Below are positions 1-10,300 of a stretch of DNA of 64,000 nt, piece after piece. The notes beneath the pieces were generated by a model. It was not told where the DNA came from. It ran no database searches and saw only the letters and a list, made by a program, of their open reading frames with translations. Each line of letters begins with the position of its first letter. Position 1 is the first letter of the stretch. Position numbers and translations under genes: made by a program. The DNA comes from a virus: the IMG/VR virus record IMGVR_UViG_3300032144_000005. The stretch is one strand, 5' to 3'.

Positions 1-818
1 GTGTTGTTGACCGGGGTGAACTGCGCCGAGTTGGAGGTGACGGAGTACCCGCCCGGCGTCTGCCAAGACGAGTTGGACCCGTCGGTGAAGAGCACCCTGC
101 CTGAGTTGCCCGCCTGCGTGGGGAGAAGCGCGTTCAGGGCGCCGTTGGCCGTGTTCTGGCCCGTGCCGCCGTTGGCGATGGGCAGGATACCCGTGACATC
201 GAGGCCAGCGAGGTTGACGTTGAAAAGGAGCGGCCCGCGCGTCACGCCGTTCACCCGCGCGAAGACACCAAGCGAGGTGAACCAGATGTCGCCATCGACC
301 GGGGTGGTGGGAGCGACACCCGGAGAGAACCGGATGGACGCGGCGCTTGCCGTGGAGGCCGGGGCGATGATCTGGCCAGTCGAGGTGAGCGACACCGCAT
401 TGATCGTCAGGAATCCGCCGACGGTTAGGGTGTTCGACAGATAGAACAGGTTGGACGCGACGAGATTCCCGGCCCCATTGCCGACGAGGATCGCGTCGGT
501 GTTGATCGTGGCGAGGCCGGTGCCGCCCTTGGACACGGGCAGGATTCCGGTGACCTCCGGGTCGGACAGCGTGATCGAGGGGACGCCTGTGAAGACGCCG
601 AAGCCGTCGCTCTTCACGAAGCCCGCGCCGACGCCCGGAAAGGTGATGCCCGTGGCAACACTCAGGGCGCCAAGCAGGACCAAGTTCTGCGTCCCGCTCG
701 GCACGCGCAGGATCGGCAAGCCCGATGGAGTGAACAGGGTGAAGTCGCCATTAGACCCGGTGAATCCGGTGAGGACTGTCCCGTTGACGGGGTCGCTTGA
801 TAGACTGCCGGGGTCCAT
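1..818 (-). CDS. Tail fibre protein, N-terminal part (runs off the window edge; absent from the ORF track)
   Basis: Manual translation from ATG at 818 (MDPGSLSSDPVNGTVLTGF...) is open to position 3. It contains two VTGILP[V/I]xxGGTG fibre repeats and a PGVAPTTPVDGDIW module, and lies directly downstream of another fibre gene. Confidence 0.8.
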   Translation of the reverse strand, partial: MDPGSLSSDPVNGTVLTGFTGSNGDFTLFTPSGLPILRVPSGTQNLVLLGALSVATGITFPGVGAGFVKSDGFGVFTGVPSITLSDPEVTGILPVSKGGTGLATINTDAILVGNGAGNLVASNLFYLSNTLTVGGFLTINAVSLTSTGQIIAPASTASAASIRFSPGVAPTTPVDGDIWFTSLGVFARVNGVTRGPLLFNVNLAGLDVTGILPIANGGTGQNTANGALNALLPTQAGNSGRVLFTDGSNSSWQTPGGYSVTSNSAQFTPVNN

Positions 819-830
819 GGTGAAGAGGGG

Positions 831-3800
831 TTAGGCGGCTTCCAGTTGGGCGACGCGGGCGCGCAGGGACTTGATCTCGGCAACGAGGATCGGGACGAGC
901 GCCTGATCGGAGCGCTGCCACTGGTCGGTGATGTCGGTCGGGTTGCTGTCGCCCACCGTCACCGCACCGATGCGGGCGAGCAGCGGGTCGACCTCGTTCA
1001 GCTCTTGGGCGATGAAGCCGACGTGGTCGGTCTGCCCGCTCTTCCAGTCGTACCGGCGCGGGCGCAGGGCGTCCATGATCGGGCCGGAGTCCTCGCCGGT
1101 GTAGTCGCGGATGTTGGTCTTCAGGCGACCATCCGAGGTCGTGGCATAGACCGTGGAGGTGGTGGTTACCTGAATGCCACCGACACCCGCTAGATCGCGA
1201 TAGAAGACGAACAGGTTGCCGTCGCCGTTGCGGCGGCGGGCGGCGATAACTCCGCCGTTGTCGCGGCTGATGTTGATGAGGCCGCTGCTTTCGCAAGAAA
1301 TGCCATCCTGAGTTCCGGCGCCGACCGAGAACGCGCTTTCGCAGCCGATGAAAAGCCCATTCGACCTTGTCGTGGTGATGTTGACGCCATTTATACGATG
1401 ACGAAGAACGCTGCCAATAAACGTGAGCGGCTGGGGCACGGAGCCTGCTGGGTTAGTGGAATCGAGCAGGGCTCCATAGGTCGAATCGAAGAACGGGATG
1501 ACGGTCAGTCGCCCGCTCGTGGTCTGAATGATGGCCGCCTGAATACCGTCGCCGCCCCCCGTGGCAACAAGCTGGGTTCCAGAGATGGCGCCAACGACCG
1601 ACAACCCGCTGGGCGAGAAGGTGGCGACATTGGCCGAGGCGGCGTCGATATAGACGTTCTCCGAAACACTGCGCAGGACCAAGTCCGTCGCCGAGCCGCC
1701 GTAGATGGCGTCGCGCGTGCCGATGTAGGCTTTGTCCGCGCCGTTGGTGCGGATCACAAGCAGGCTGCCTTGGCCAGAACCATTGAGCCCGTTGAAGGCG
1801 AAGCGCCCCGCCGCGCCGCTGTTGCCAAAGAGTGCGGTGGAGCCCGACACTGTCAGGTTGCTAGAGCAAGCGAGGGCACCGCCCACGCTCAACGTGCCGC
1901 CTGATGGATTGATCGTGTTGAGCGAGGCCGCCGTGACACCCGCAGCAAGGGTGCCCCCGGTCAACGATCCGGCCTGCGACACATCCGCGAAGCCCACGCG
2001 AGCCGGTGCGCCATGGTTCGAGGTGATGCTCCAGTAGGCCCCGTCCCAGTTGTTCACCAGCCAGTACGTGCCATCGTGCGACGTCGACATGAACAACTTG
2101 GTCCAACCAGCCGAGCCGGAGACGCTCGTCTGGTCGCCCGTGTTCGTGCCGGAACTGGTGCCGGAATGAGTACCCGCGAACGTGCCGGAGAAATTGGCGG
2201 CGCTGATGTTGCCGGTCGCCGTGACGGTGGTGAAGATACCAAAGTTCGCCCCGCTGACGCCAATGGGGCCGTTGATGCCGGAGAAGTAGGCCGTGTTCGC
2301 TCCGGCCAAAGTCCACATGACATCGCTGCCATTGAACAACCGCAGCCTTAGCCCGTAAGTCGAGCCAGAGTGGCCGACAATAACGAGGCCGTCTGCCAAG
2401 GAGCCGTAGATTGCCCCGACGCCAAAGCCCGAAGGAGAGTTGTTTCCGATGGCTACACCGTCCGTCGCCACAATTCTGGTTGTAGCGCTAAGGCTAGTAA
2501 ACGCGCCCGTGTTCGGCGTCGTCGCACCGATGGCGCCTTGGAGGCCGGTGGAGGTGATTCGGATTACCTCGGTGCCACTGACATAGAACCGATGGGCCGT
2601 GTTTCCGCCCATGTAATACGCCATGTCCACCGAGCCGCCGCCCGGATTCATGGACTCGATGTAGTTGGAACTCAGGCCCGCCGACCAACCAATCTCAATC
2701 CGGCGCGTGCCGTCACCGATGCGGACCTTGGGCGTGGCTGCACCGACGAAATCAACAAGGCCCGTTGCGGTAAGCGCGGTGAACGACCCTGTGTTCGGAG
2801 TCGTGGCCCCCATAGTTCCGTTGAACGCGCCGGACAGGTATGTGCCGCCCGTGATCGTCTTGCCGGTGAAGATGACAGAGGCCGGGATCGAGAGTGTGAC
2901 TGCGCCAGTCGCGGCACTGGCGGTGATTTCGCCCGCCGTGCCCGTGATCGAGGTGACGCCCGCCGCGACCGCGCCTGAGAGCGGGCCGACCGTCAGGCCG
3001 TTGATGCGGATGAACAGGCCGGTCGTTGTGGTCCACATGTCGCCGTCAGCGGGCGTCGTGGGTGTCACGCCGTGCGGGAGCCGGATCGTGGAGAGGGCGG
3101 CGGTTGGCGCCGGGCCAAGGATAGTAGCAGAGGCTTCGAGCACGCCGGTCACATGGAACCCCGAGGCATCCAGCTTGGCGGCAGCGGCGGAAGAGCTGCA
3201 CTGGATTTCGCCAGCCGCCCTGAGAATGAGATTCTGAATGCTGGCGCGAACCGCGAAGTCGCTCGTTGAGGTTCCGACAACAAAATCCCCGGAGCCGATG
3301 GCACCGATCTGTGTGCCGTTGACGTTGAACCGCTGAATTAGACCGTTCGCCGTGGTCGTGGACCACTCCGCCACGGTGCCAAGGGGGCGGGTAACGAACA
3401 GCTCAGCGCAGTTGATCGTCCCGGCGGTGATGCCACTGGAGTTGATTGTCAGGCGCGTCACCAGCGCGTTGTCGATGTCGCGGAAGGCGAGGGAACCCTT
3501 GAAGTCGAAGACCGTGTTCGGCCCGGCAATGTTGCCGATCTGGCCGGAGGTGCCAGCCGTGTCACTACCCCAGCGCAGGAAGCTCGCCGTGTAGATTGCG
3601 CCAGTGGATGAAACCGAGGTGACGTTCAGTGTACCGATCAGGGCGGACGGCGTCGCGACCTGATTGAACGTGACGTTGCTCGTCGGCGCGATGTCCTGCG
3701 GCAGGGCGAGCGTGACCGGCCCGACCTGCGGCACGCCAACGGTGCCGTTGACGACCACCTGATTTGCGGTGCCGGTGATCTGGTCGACGACTGACCCAGC

Positions 3801-4292
3801 GTAGGCGATGGTGCCACCCGCGCCGAAGTTTACCGAGGCGCCATCGGCGCTCATCAGGGTCATTGAGTTCTGGACATCGAGCGTCTTGCCGCTGGCGATG
3901 GATAGGTTGGCCCCGGAGGTCGGGATGATCGTCAGGCCGTTGAGTTCACCGTTGAGCGTCAGGCCGCCAAAGATTGGCGTAGAAACGGTGTCGATGTCTT
4001 GCGGGAGCGAGATGGTGACAGGGCCGACCTGCGGCGAGTTGTACGACCCGTTGATCGCCACCTGTCCCGGCGTACCGGTGATCTGGGTAACCGACACCGG
4101 GATCGCGATGGCCAGATACCCCGCGTTGTTGTCGAGGTTGGCGAGGTCCCTGACCAGATAGAAGGCGTCGGTCTCTTGGACATGAACGACCTCGCCGATC
4201 TTGACGAGCGACGGATCGAGCGCGAACCGATCAGAATCGTACGGCGCGTCGATGACGTCCGCCATGAGAATCTGGGCAAGGCTTGTGCGCAT
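831..4292 (-). CDS. Long tail fibre with C-terminal intramolecular chaperone (peptidase S74-like)
   Basis: G/S/T-rich repeats (QITGTxxQV..NG..PQVGPVT..LPQDI x2; IGATTPNTG.FT x2). The C-terminus TSDGRLKTNI..GFIAQEL..LVAEIKSLRARVAQLE is the S74 chaperone signature. Confidence 0.9.
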   Translation of the reverse strand: MRTSLAQILMADVIDAPYDSDRFALDPSLVKIGEVVHVQETDAFYLVRDLANLDNNAGYLAIAIPVSVTQITGTPGQVAINGSYNSPQVGPVTISLPQDIDTVSTPIFGGLTLNGELNGLTIIPTSGANLSIASGKTLDVQNSMTLMSADGASVNFGAGGTIAYAGSVVDQITGTANQVVVNGTVGVPQVGPVTLALPQDIAPTSNVTFNQVATPSALIGTLNVTSVSSTGAIYTASFLRWGSDTAGTSGQIGNIAGPNTVFDFKGSLAFRDIDNALVTRLTINSSGITAGTINCAELFVTRPLGTVAEWSTTTANGLIQRFNVNGTQIGAIGSGDFVVGTSTSDFAVRASIQNLILRAAGEIQCSSSAAAAKLDASGFHVTGVLEASATILGPAPTAALSTIRLPHGVTPTTPADGDMWTTTTGLFIRINGLTVGPLSGAVAAGVTSITGTAGEITASAATGAVTLSIPASVIFTGKTITGGTYLSGAFNGTMGATTPNTGSFTALTATGLVDFVGAATPKVRIGDGTRRIEIGWSAGLSSNYIESMNPGGGSVDMAYYMGGNTAHRFYVSGTEVIRITSTGLQGAIGATTPNTGAFTSLSATTRIVATDGVAIGNNSPSGFGVGAIYGSLADGLVIVGHSGSTYGLRLRLFNGSDVMWTLAGANTAYFSGINGPIGVSGANFGIFTTVTATGNISAANFSGTFAGTHSGTSSGTNTGDQTSVSGSAGWTKLFMSTSHDGTYWLVNNWDGAYWSITSNHGAPARVGFADVSQAGSLTGGTLAAGVTAASLNTINPSGGTLSVGGALACSSNLTVSGSTALFGNSGAAGRFAFNGLNGSGQGSLLVIRTNGADKAYIGTRDAIYGGSATDLVLRSVSENVYIDAASANVATFSPSGLSVVGAISGTQLVATGGGDGIQAAIIQTTSGRLTVIPFFDSTYGALLDSTNPAGSVPQPLTFIGSVLRHRINGVNITTTRSNGLFIGCESAFSVGAGTQDGISCESSGLINISRDNGGVIAARRRNGDGNLFVFYRDLAGVGGIQVTTTSTVYATTSDGRLKTNIRDYTGEDSGPIMDALRPRRYDWKSGQTDHVGFIAQELNEVDPLLARIGAVTVGDSNPTDITDQWQRSDQALVPILVAEIKSLRARVAQLEAA

Positions 4293-4351
4293 TGTGGTGA
4301 GCTGTTGGGCAGCGTCGGGTCGGTAGTGGGTGTATCGCGCCGAAGCGCTTA

Positions 4352-7300
4352 TCAGTCAAGGAATGAGGAGGCGTAGGCGGCGTTGGCGGCGTTCAGGCTG
4401 GAGAGACCGAGGTTCAGGTTGAGGCTCTTGAGCTTCGGGCCGGGCTTCTCCTTCTTGCCGGTGGTCGGCTTCGCGCCGAGCTTCAGCAGGTACTTGTTGA
4501 AGAGCTGGACGCTGGAGCTGACGGCCTCGGAGCCGTGCGAGTTCAGGTTCTCAAGGATGGAGCGGTACTCGCGCTCGGTCGGCTGCACGCGGAACACGCG
4601 CTTCAGCGGGTGGCGCGCCTTGAAGGAGGCGATGACGCGCGCCTGCGGGTCTTCCTCGTCCGGGTGCTCCTCCGCGTAGGCAGAGACCGCCTTCGAGAAG
4701 GAGTCCTTGAACTGGCCGAGATTGTCCTGATAGACGGCCAGCTCCATGCGGGCGACGTACGGCGTGTGCTTGCCGGGGATGCCCTGACCGGAGGACTTGG
4801 ACGGGATGACCTGCAGCTTGAGGTCGCGGCCTGTGGCGCGCAGGTAGTTGCCGACGCTCACGCGCTCATTGAAGGCTGACTCGACGTTGTTCGCGCCGGT
4901 CATTTTATTGAACATCTGTGAGTATTGCAGGACGCTGTTGCCACCCATCACCTGCATCAGCGGGCGGAAGAAGGACTGGTAGTCCATCTTGCCGGTATGG
5001 CGGAGCGTCGAGGCGATCTGCTTGATGCTCTGGAACTGCGACAGGATGAAGATGCGCGAGTCGAAGGAGCCGCCACCGCGTGTGTCATCGCCGTTGATAA
5101 TCCCGTTGGCCACCTCGGAAAGCAGACCGGCGGTGCCGTAGCGGGCCAAGCGCTCCATCGTGGCCGCCGGATCAATGAACGGTGCGACACCGGGAATCAG
5201 GGTCTCCACGTCGGCATCGCGGATGTTCTGCTTCTTGCCAAGCAGCTCCTCGTCGCTCCAGTCGACCGCGAAGGAGGCCGCCATGGTGAGCGGGATGATG
5301 CCCGCCATAAGCGCGATGGTGCCATCCGTGATCGCTGTCGCCGTGTACTGGTTCTGCGCGTTCTGGAAGAGCGTCGGGAAGCGCATCATCGCGGAATACG
5401 GCCAAGTGATGAACGTCATGAACGGCTTCATGATGCCGTTGGTGCGCGCTTCCAGCGGCGTGTTGGTTAGCGTGGAACTGAGCTGGAACTCAGAGACAAC
5501 CAAGCTGCGGATGCGCGAGTATTGCTCGTCGGTGATGATCGGCGCCTGCGGGTTGTTGCGCGTGCGATACCACGCATCGGCGATCATGTGCTCGATAGAG
5601 CCGAGCGCCATCTTGTTGCCGACGGCCTCCTTCATGAAGTCCCACGCCGCCTCATCGTTCAGGACGAGGAACTTCCGGTTGTAGCCCAGATCATTGCCTT
5701 CGAGCTGCATCTCGCCCTCGATCAACTTGCGGGCGAACTCCGCCGGGTTGCCCGAGCTGTTGATGTACTCGATGCCCCGCATGACCATGTCCTTGAAGGT
5801 ATAGTATTGGGAGATCGTCGCACCGTTCAGCATCCACAGGTTGATGGAGTTGAACATGCCGAAGAGGCGGAACTTGGCGGCCAGCGCCTGCTCGCCCTGC
5901 AGGCCACTTAGGTTGACGTCCAGCTTGCCGCGACTGGCCTTGTTGACCGCAGCGGCGGCGACATCAGCAGGCTGCAGGTCGGCGATGCTGCGGGTAAAGC
6001 GCAGTTTGTCGGTGAGCCACTTCGTGACGCGCGAAGTACGACGATCAAGCGGGTCATCCGAGGCCAGCGCGTTGTTCGTTCCGAAGTCGTTCATCATGTC
6101 CTGCGCGTTCAGGAAGTTCGCCGGATCGACGCCACCGACGCGGTTTGTGCGGCGCGCCAGCTCGGCCATGAAGTGATGCTTGGCTCCGATCAGTTCGAGC
6201 GTGGAGGAGACCACCTCGGCGCCTGTACCGCGCACGGCGTTTAGCACGGCTTTCAGTCCGGTGGGTGAGAACTTGTACTTCCACAGTGGCGAGAACATCT
6301 CGGTGATCTGCGAGATCGCTTGGCGGAGGCCCTGCAGGGTGAACGTCGCCGCTACGCCAGTCAGCTCCTCGCCCAGCCGAGCGTCTCCCGAGTGGGTCGC
6401 GTGCGGGTCGTTCAGCTTCGCGATGTTCTTGCGCAGCCCCGTGAGCATCTGGATGTGGTTGGCGGCATCGCGCGCAATCTCGTAGCGCCCCTTGCGGCTG
6501 CCGCGCGTGTCACCCGGCAGATCGGCATCCATGCGCGCCTTGGTCTGCTTGGCCGACAAACCCATGACCTTGCGATATTCACGGTACTCCTCGTCCATCC
6601 CCGCCAGCTCGTGCATCAGGGCTTGGTAGTTCACCATGAACTCGGTGCCGCTGAGGCCGCTCGCGCCGAACGCCTTGTTCATCGCGAAGGAGTGGATGAC
6701 GCCCTTGTTCGAGCCACGGTCGAACAGGTCGACGTCCACCCATTCCGGCGGGAAGTCGTTCGCATCGCGCGATTCCATCATCTGCTTCGGGATGACATGG
6801 ACACCCTCATCGGCCTTCTTGGCGCGCTGGTTGAAAAGGTTGTCCGCCTTGCTGTGCATCTTCGCCAGTGCGGCGATGGTCATCCCGGCGACGTCCGCCT
6901 CAGTGGCAGCGGTGCCGCCCTCCAGCCGGTTTAGCTCGGAGATAAAGGTGGCCAAGTCCGCCTCGTTGCCGGTGGACGCAGCCTTGGCGGTCTCCCACGC
7001 CTGCCGCACGTTGGAGTGCGAGGCGTAGATCGTTACGCCCGCCGACATCGTCTTGGGCGACTCGAAGAGCGGGATGTTGTGATAGACCAGCGGCTCGACG
7101 AAATGCCGCTTCGTTTCGTTGGAGAAGAAGGGCTCGAAGTTCTCGGTGAACTTGGCGCGGCTGATCTTCCAAGAGTCGAAGGCGTTCTTCGCCATCGTCG
7201 GGCCGTCCGTGGTCTGCTGCCACGTCTGGTTCATCTTGGCGATCAGGAGAGCGAGGCTCTCAGTGGGCGAGACGCGACCTGTGAAGATGCCTTGACGGAT

Positions 7301-10300
7301 CAGGCCGCGCACGCGCGCCTGCTCCCTGTCGCCCTCGCCGACGGAGCCGAGCGCCTTGTCGCTGACCTTCAGGCCCTCCTTCTCGAAGATGCGCGCCAGC
7401 TCCTCGTCGATGGCGATGCTCTGGCGGGCCAGCTCGCGCATCGCCGTGGCCCCGTCACCCGTGATCTTGTACTTGGCTGGGCGCAGCGCGTTGAAGACGG
7501 AGATTGCCCGGTTGAGCGGGTCGGTCGTGCCGTCGGGAATATCCATCAAAATCAGCATCAGCGGATTGTAGTACCGCTGGCGGAACTCGTCATAGGTGCC
7601 GTCGAACTTGAGCGCCTTGTAAGCGTTCGTGTAGGCGGTCGACCACTTGCCGCCCAAGATGTCCATCGGCTTGATGTACTCGGCCAGCACCGCCTCCAGC
7701 AGGTACACGCGAGAGGCGAGCGCCTTAGCGGAAGGAGTGCCGATGCCGCGCAGCATGTTGCTCATGGCGTCGTAAGCGGACTTCTGGAGGCGCCGCTTCT
7801 GGTCGCTATAGACCGTGTAGAACGCGGCCTCACTCATGCGCCGGTTCTGGTTGAGGATCGTGTCGTACAGGTCGCCCTGCTTCTTGTTGTCCTCGTTGAG
7901 GAGCCACGCCTTCTGCTTGGCGATGGCCTTCTGCATCTTCTCGCTCTCGGCCTGCGAGAACATGAAGCCCTTCGGCACGGTGCCCTTCTGCATGTCGGAC
8001 GCCTTGGCGTTCGGAGTCGGGGGCACGGTGTACTCCGCACCCTCGGTCATCACGAAGACGAACCCGGTGCCCAGCTTGCCCCGCAGGCGCTCGACCTGAG
8101 CGGTGAGACCGACATCCGGGGTGTTGAGGATGCGGTTGAAAAGCAGGATGTCGCTGTTGAGGTTGGCGAGCAGGATCTCCTCGGCGTCGGTCAGCTCGTT
8201 GCCCTTCTCGACCTTCTTGTCCAGCTCGGCCTTCCGCTTCGTCATAAAGCCGATCTCCCGAACGACGTGCGTCTCCATCTTCTGCGCGTCGATGAGCGCA
8301 GAGCTGACGGCCTGCCGCTGGGCGGAACCCTTCGCGCCGCCCGCGAGATCGTTGATCCGCGCGGTCTCGTCGAACGGGAAGGGTTGCTTGGTCACGACAT
8401 CGACCGCGTTGGTGAACTGGGTCTTCAGCGCCTGAATCTTCTTGCTGAAGGTGTTCTCCTCGCCGCGACCGAAGATCAGGTGCTCCGCCGTGTCCTGACC
8501 GTTGCGCAGGTAGCGCGGCGAGATCGTGCGCTGAATATCCGGCTGCATCAGCAGATTGGCGATCATTGTCCGCAGGAAATTGTTGACCGCGAACTGGGTG
8601 TTGGCGCTGACGGTCGGCTGGATGTCCTGCGCGGTGCGCTGCGTGTACTGCATGCGCTCGGTCGGCGTGAACACGCGGTTGGTGACCGTCTTCACGTTCT
8701 CCGGCTTGAAGGCGATATAGGTCTGGGTGCCCGTGTCGTTGGTCTCCGCGACGTTGTCGTACATCGCGCCGTCGAAGCCCTTGTCGAGCAGCGCCTGCTT
8801 GATGATTTCGACGCTCCCGACGAGGGTCTTCTCGGCGAACGCCCGGTCAGCCGTAGCCTCGTCGATGGCGCCCGCGTTGCGCAGCTCGACGATGTTCTTG
8901 GCGTCGCCCCAGAAGCCGTCGGTCATCTTGATCGGCGTCCTGATGTTCAGGAAGGCGGGGACGAAGTTCACGCCGACGGCGTTGTAGTGCGCCTTGTCGC
9001 CATTGAAGTCGGTGGTGTAGGTGGCCTCCTGCCACGATTCACCGGGCGGCGGGGTGAGCGTCTCGCCGAAGTAGCCCCTCGTGAACCGGACGTTGTTGCC
9101 CTCGACGCGCTTGATCGCCTCCATCAGCTCGCCGAAGTGAAAGCCGTAGTCGGCAGTGATCTTGAAGGTGTCGAAGTCCTTGTTGGTGCCGTGCCACACC
9201 ACGCGCGGCTCCCCGGTCTCGGGGTCGATGACCTTCGAGGCTTTGGCCGGGTCGTTCATCCAGTCGCCAAACCAGCGCTGGAACAGCGGGGTGCGGACGA
9301 TCCGCCAGTGCGACTCCCTGAGCTTGGAGACCTGCCCGTTGGGGGCGAGGAGCTGGCCCTCGGCGTTCCGCTTGAGTTCGACGGCGGCGAGCTGGCGGTC
9401 GGCTTCCTCGGCCAGCCCGACCTGCTGCTCGGTCGTCATCTTGTCCCACGGGATGCCGCCCGTCAGGTAGGGAATGACGTCCATCGGAATCTGGCGCATC
9501 GTCAGGGCCTTGATGCGGCTGTCCAAGTTCTTGTGGTCAATGATCTCCTGCATGCTGAGGGTCTGACCCTCGGTCGTGTTGGTCACGGGCAGGATGGGCG
9601 TCTTGGTCCCGGTGGCCGGGTCGTACTGGAAATGCTGGTCCGCGCCGTCGACGTTCTCGAACACGTCCAGCTTCTCGGTCGGGGTCGGCTCGCCGCCGAT
9701 CCACTGGCGCAGGCTGACAGCCAGCGCGCCGTTGGACTGGGCGAAGTCGCGGTTGATGAACTGGAGGAACAGGTTCTCGACGTACGCCCGCGCCAGCGCC
9801 GGGTTCACGTTGTTCGGACCCTTGATGGCCTTCTGCAGCTCAAGGGCGACGCCCAGAAGGGCACCCTTGATGTACCGGATGATCTGGGAAAGCAGGCTGC
9901 GGGACTCGGTGCGGGAGATGCCGAAGGCCGCGAGGTGGTCCACCGCCCGCTCGATGGCCAGCGTGGTCGGGTCCACGGCGCGCAGCTTCACCATCTCCTC
10001 GGGAGTGATGCTGTCGTAGATGCGCTTCTGCGGCTCAGTAAGCTGCTCGTACGGCGTGTTGGCGATCAGGCGGGGGTCTTGCCCCAACCCGGTCGAGATC
10101 CACGCTTGGGACTGCCAAGGAAGGCCGGAAATGGCCTGATGGTAGAGCCGCTGGGTCCACTCGGGCAGGCCGCGCAGGAAGGGGTGGGCGCCCTCATGGA
10201 ACAGGGCCATCACGTCGTCGCTGGTGATCTCGCCCTTCATGTAGTTGCCGGACAGGCCGACGAAGGCCCGGCCATCCCGGTCGGTCAGCGACACGCCGCG

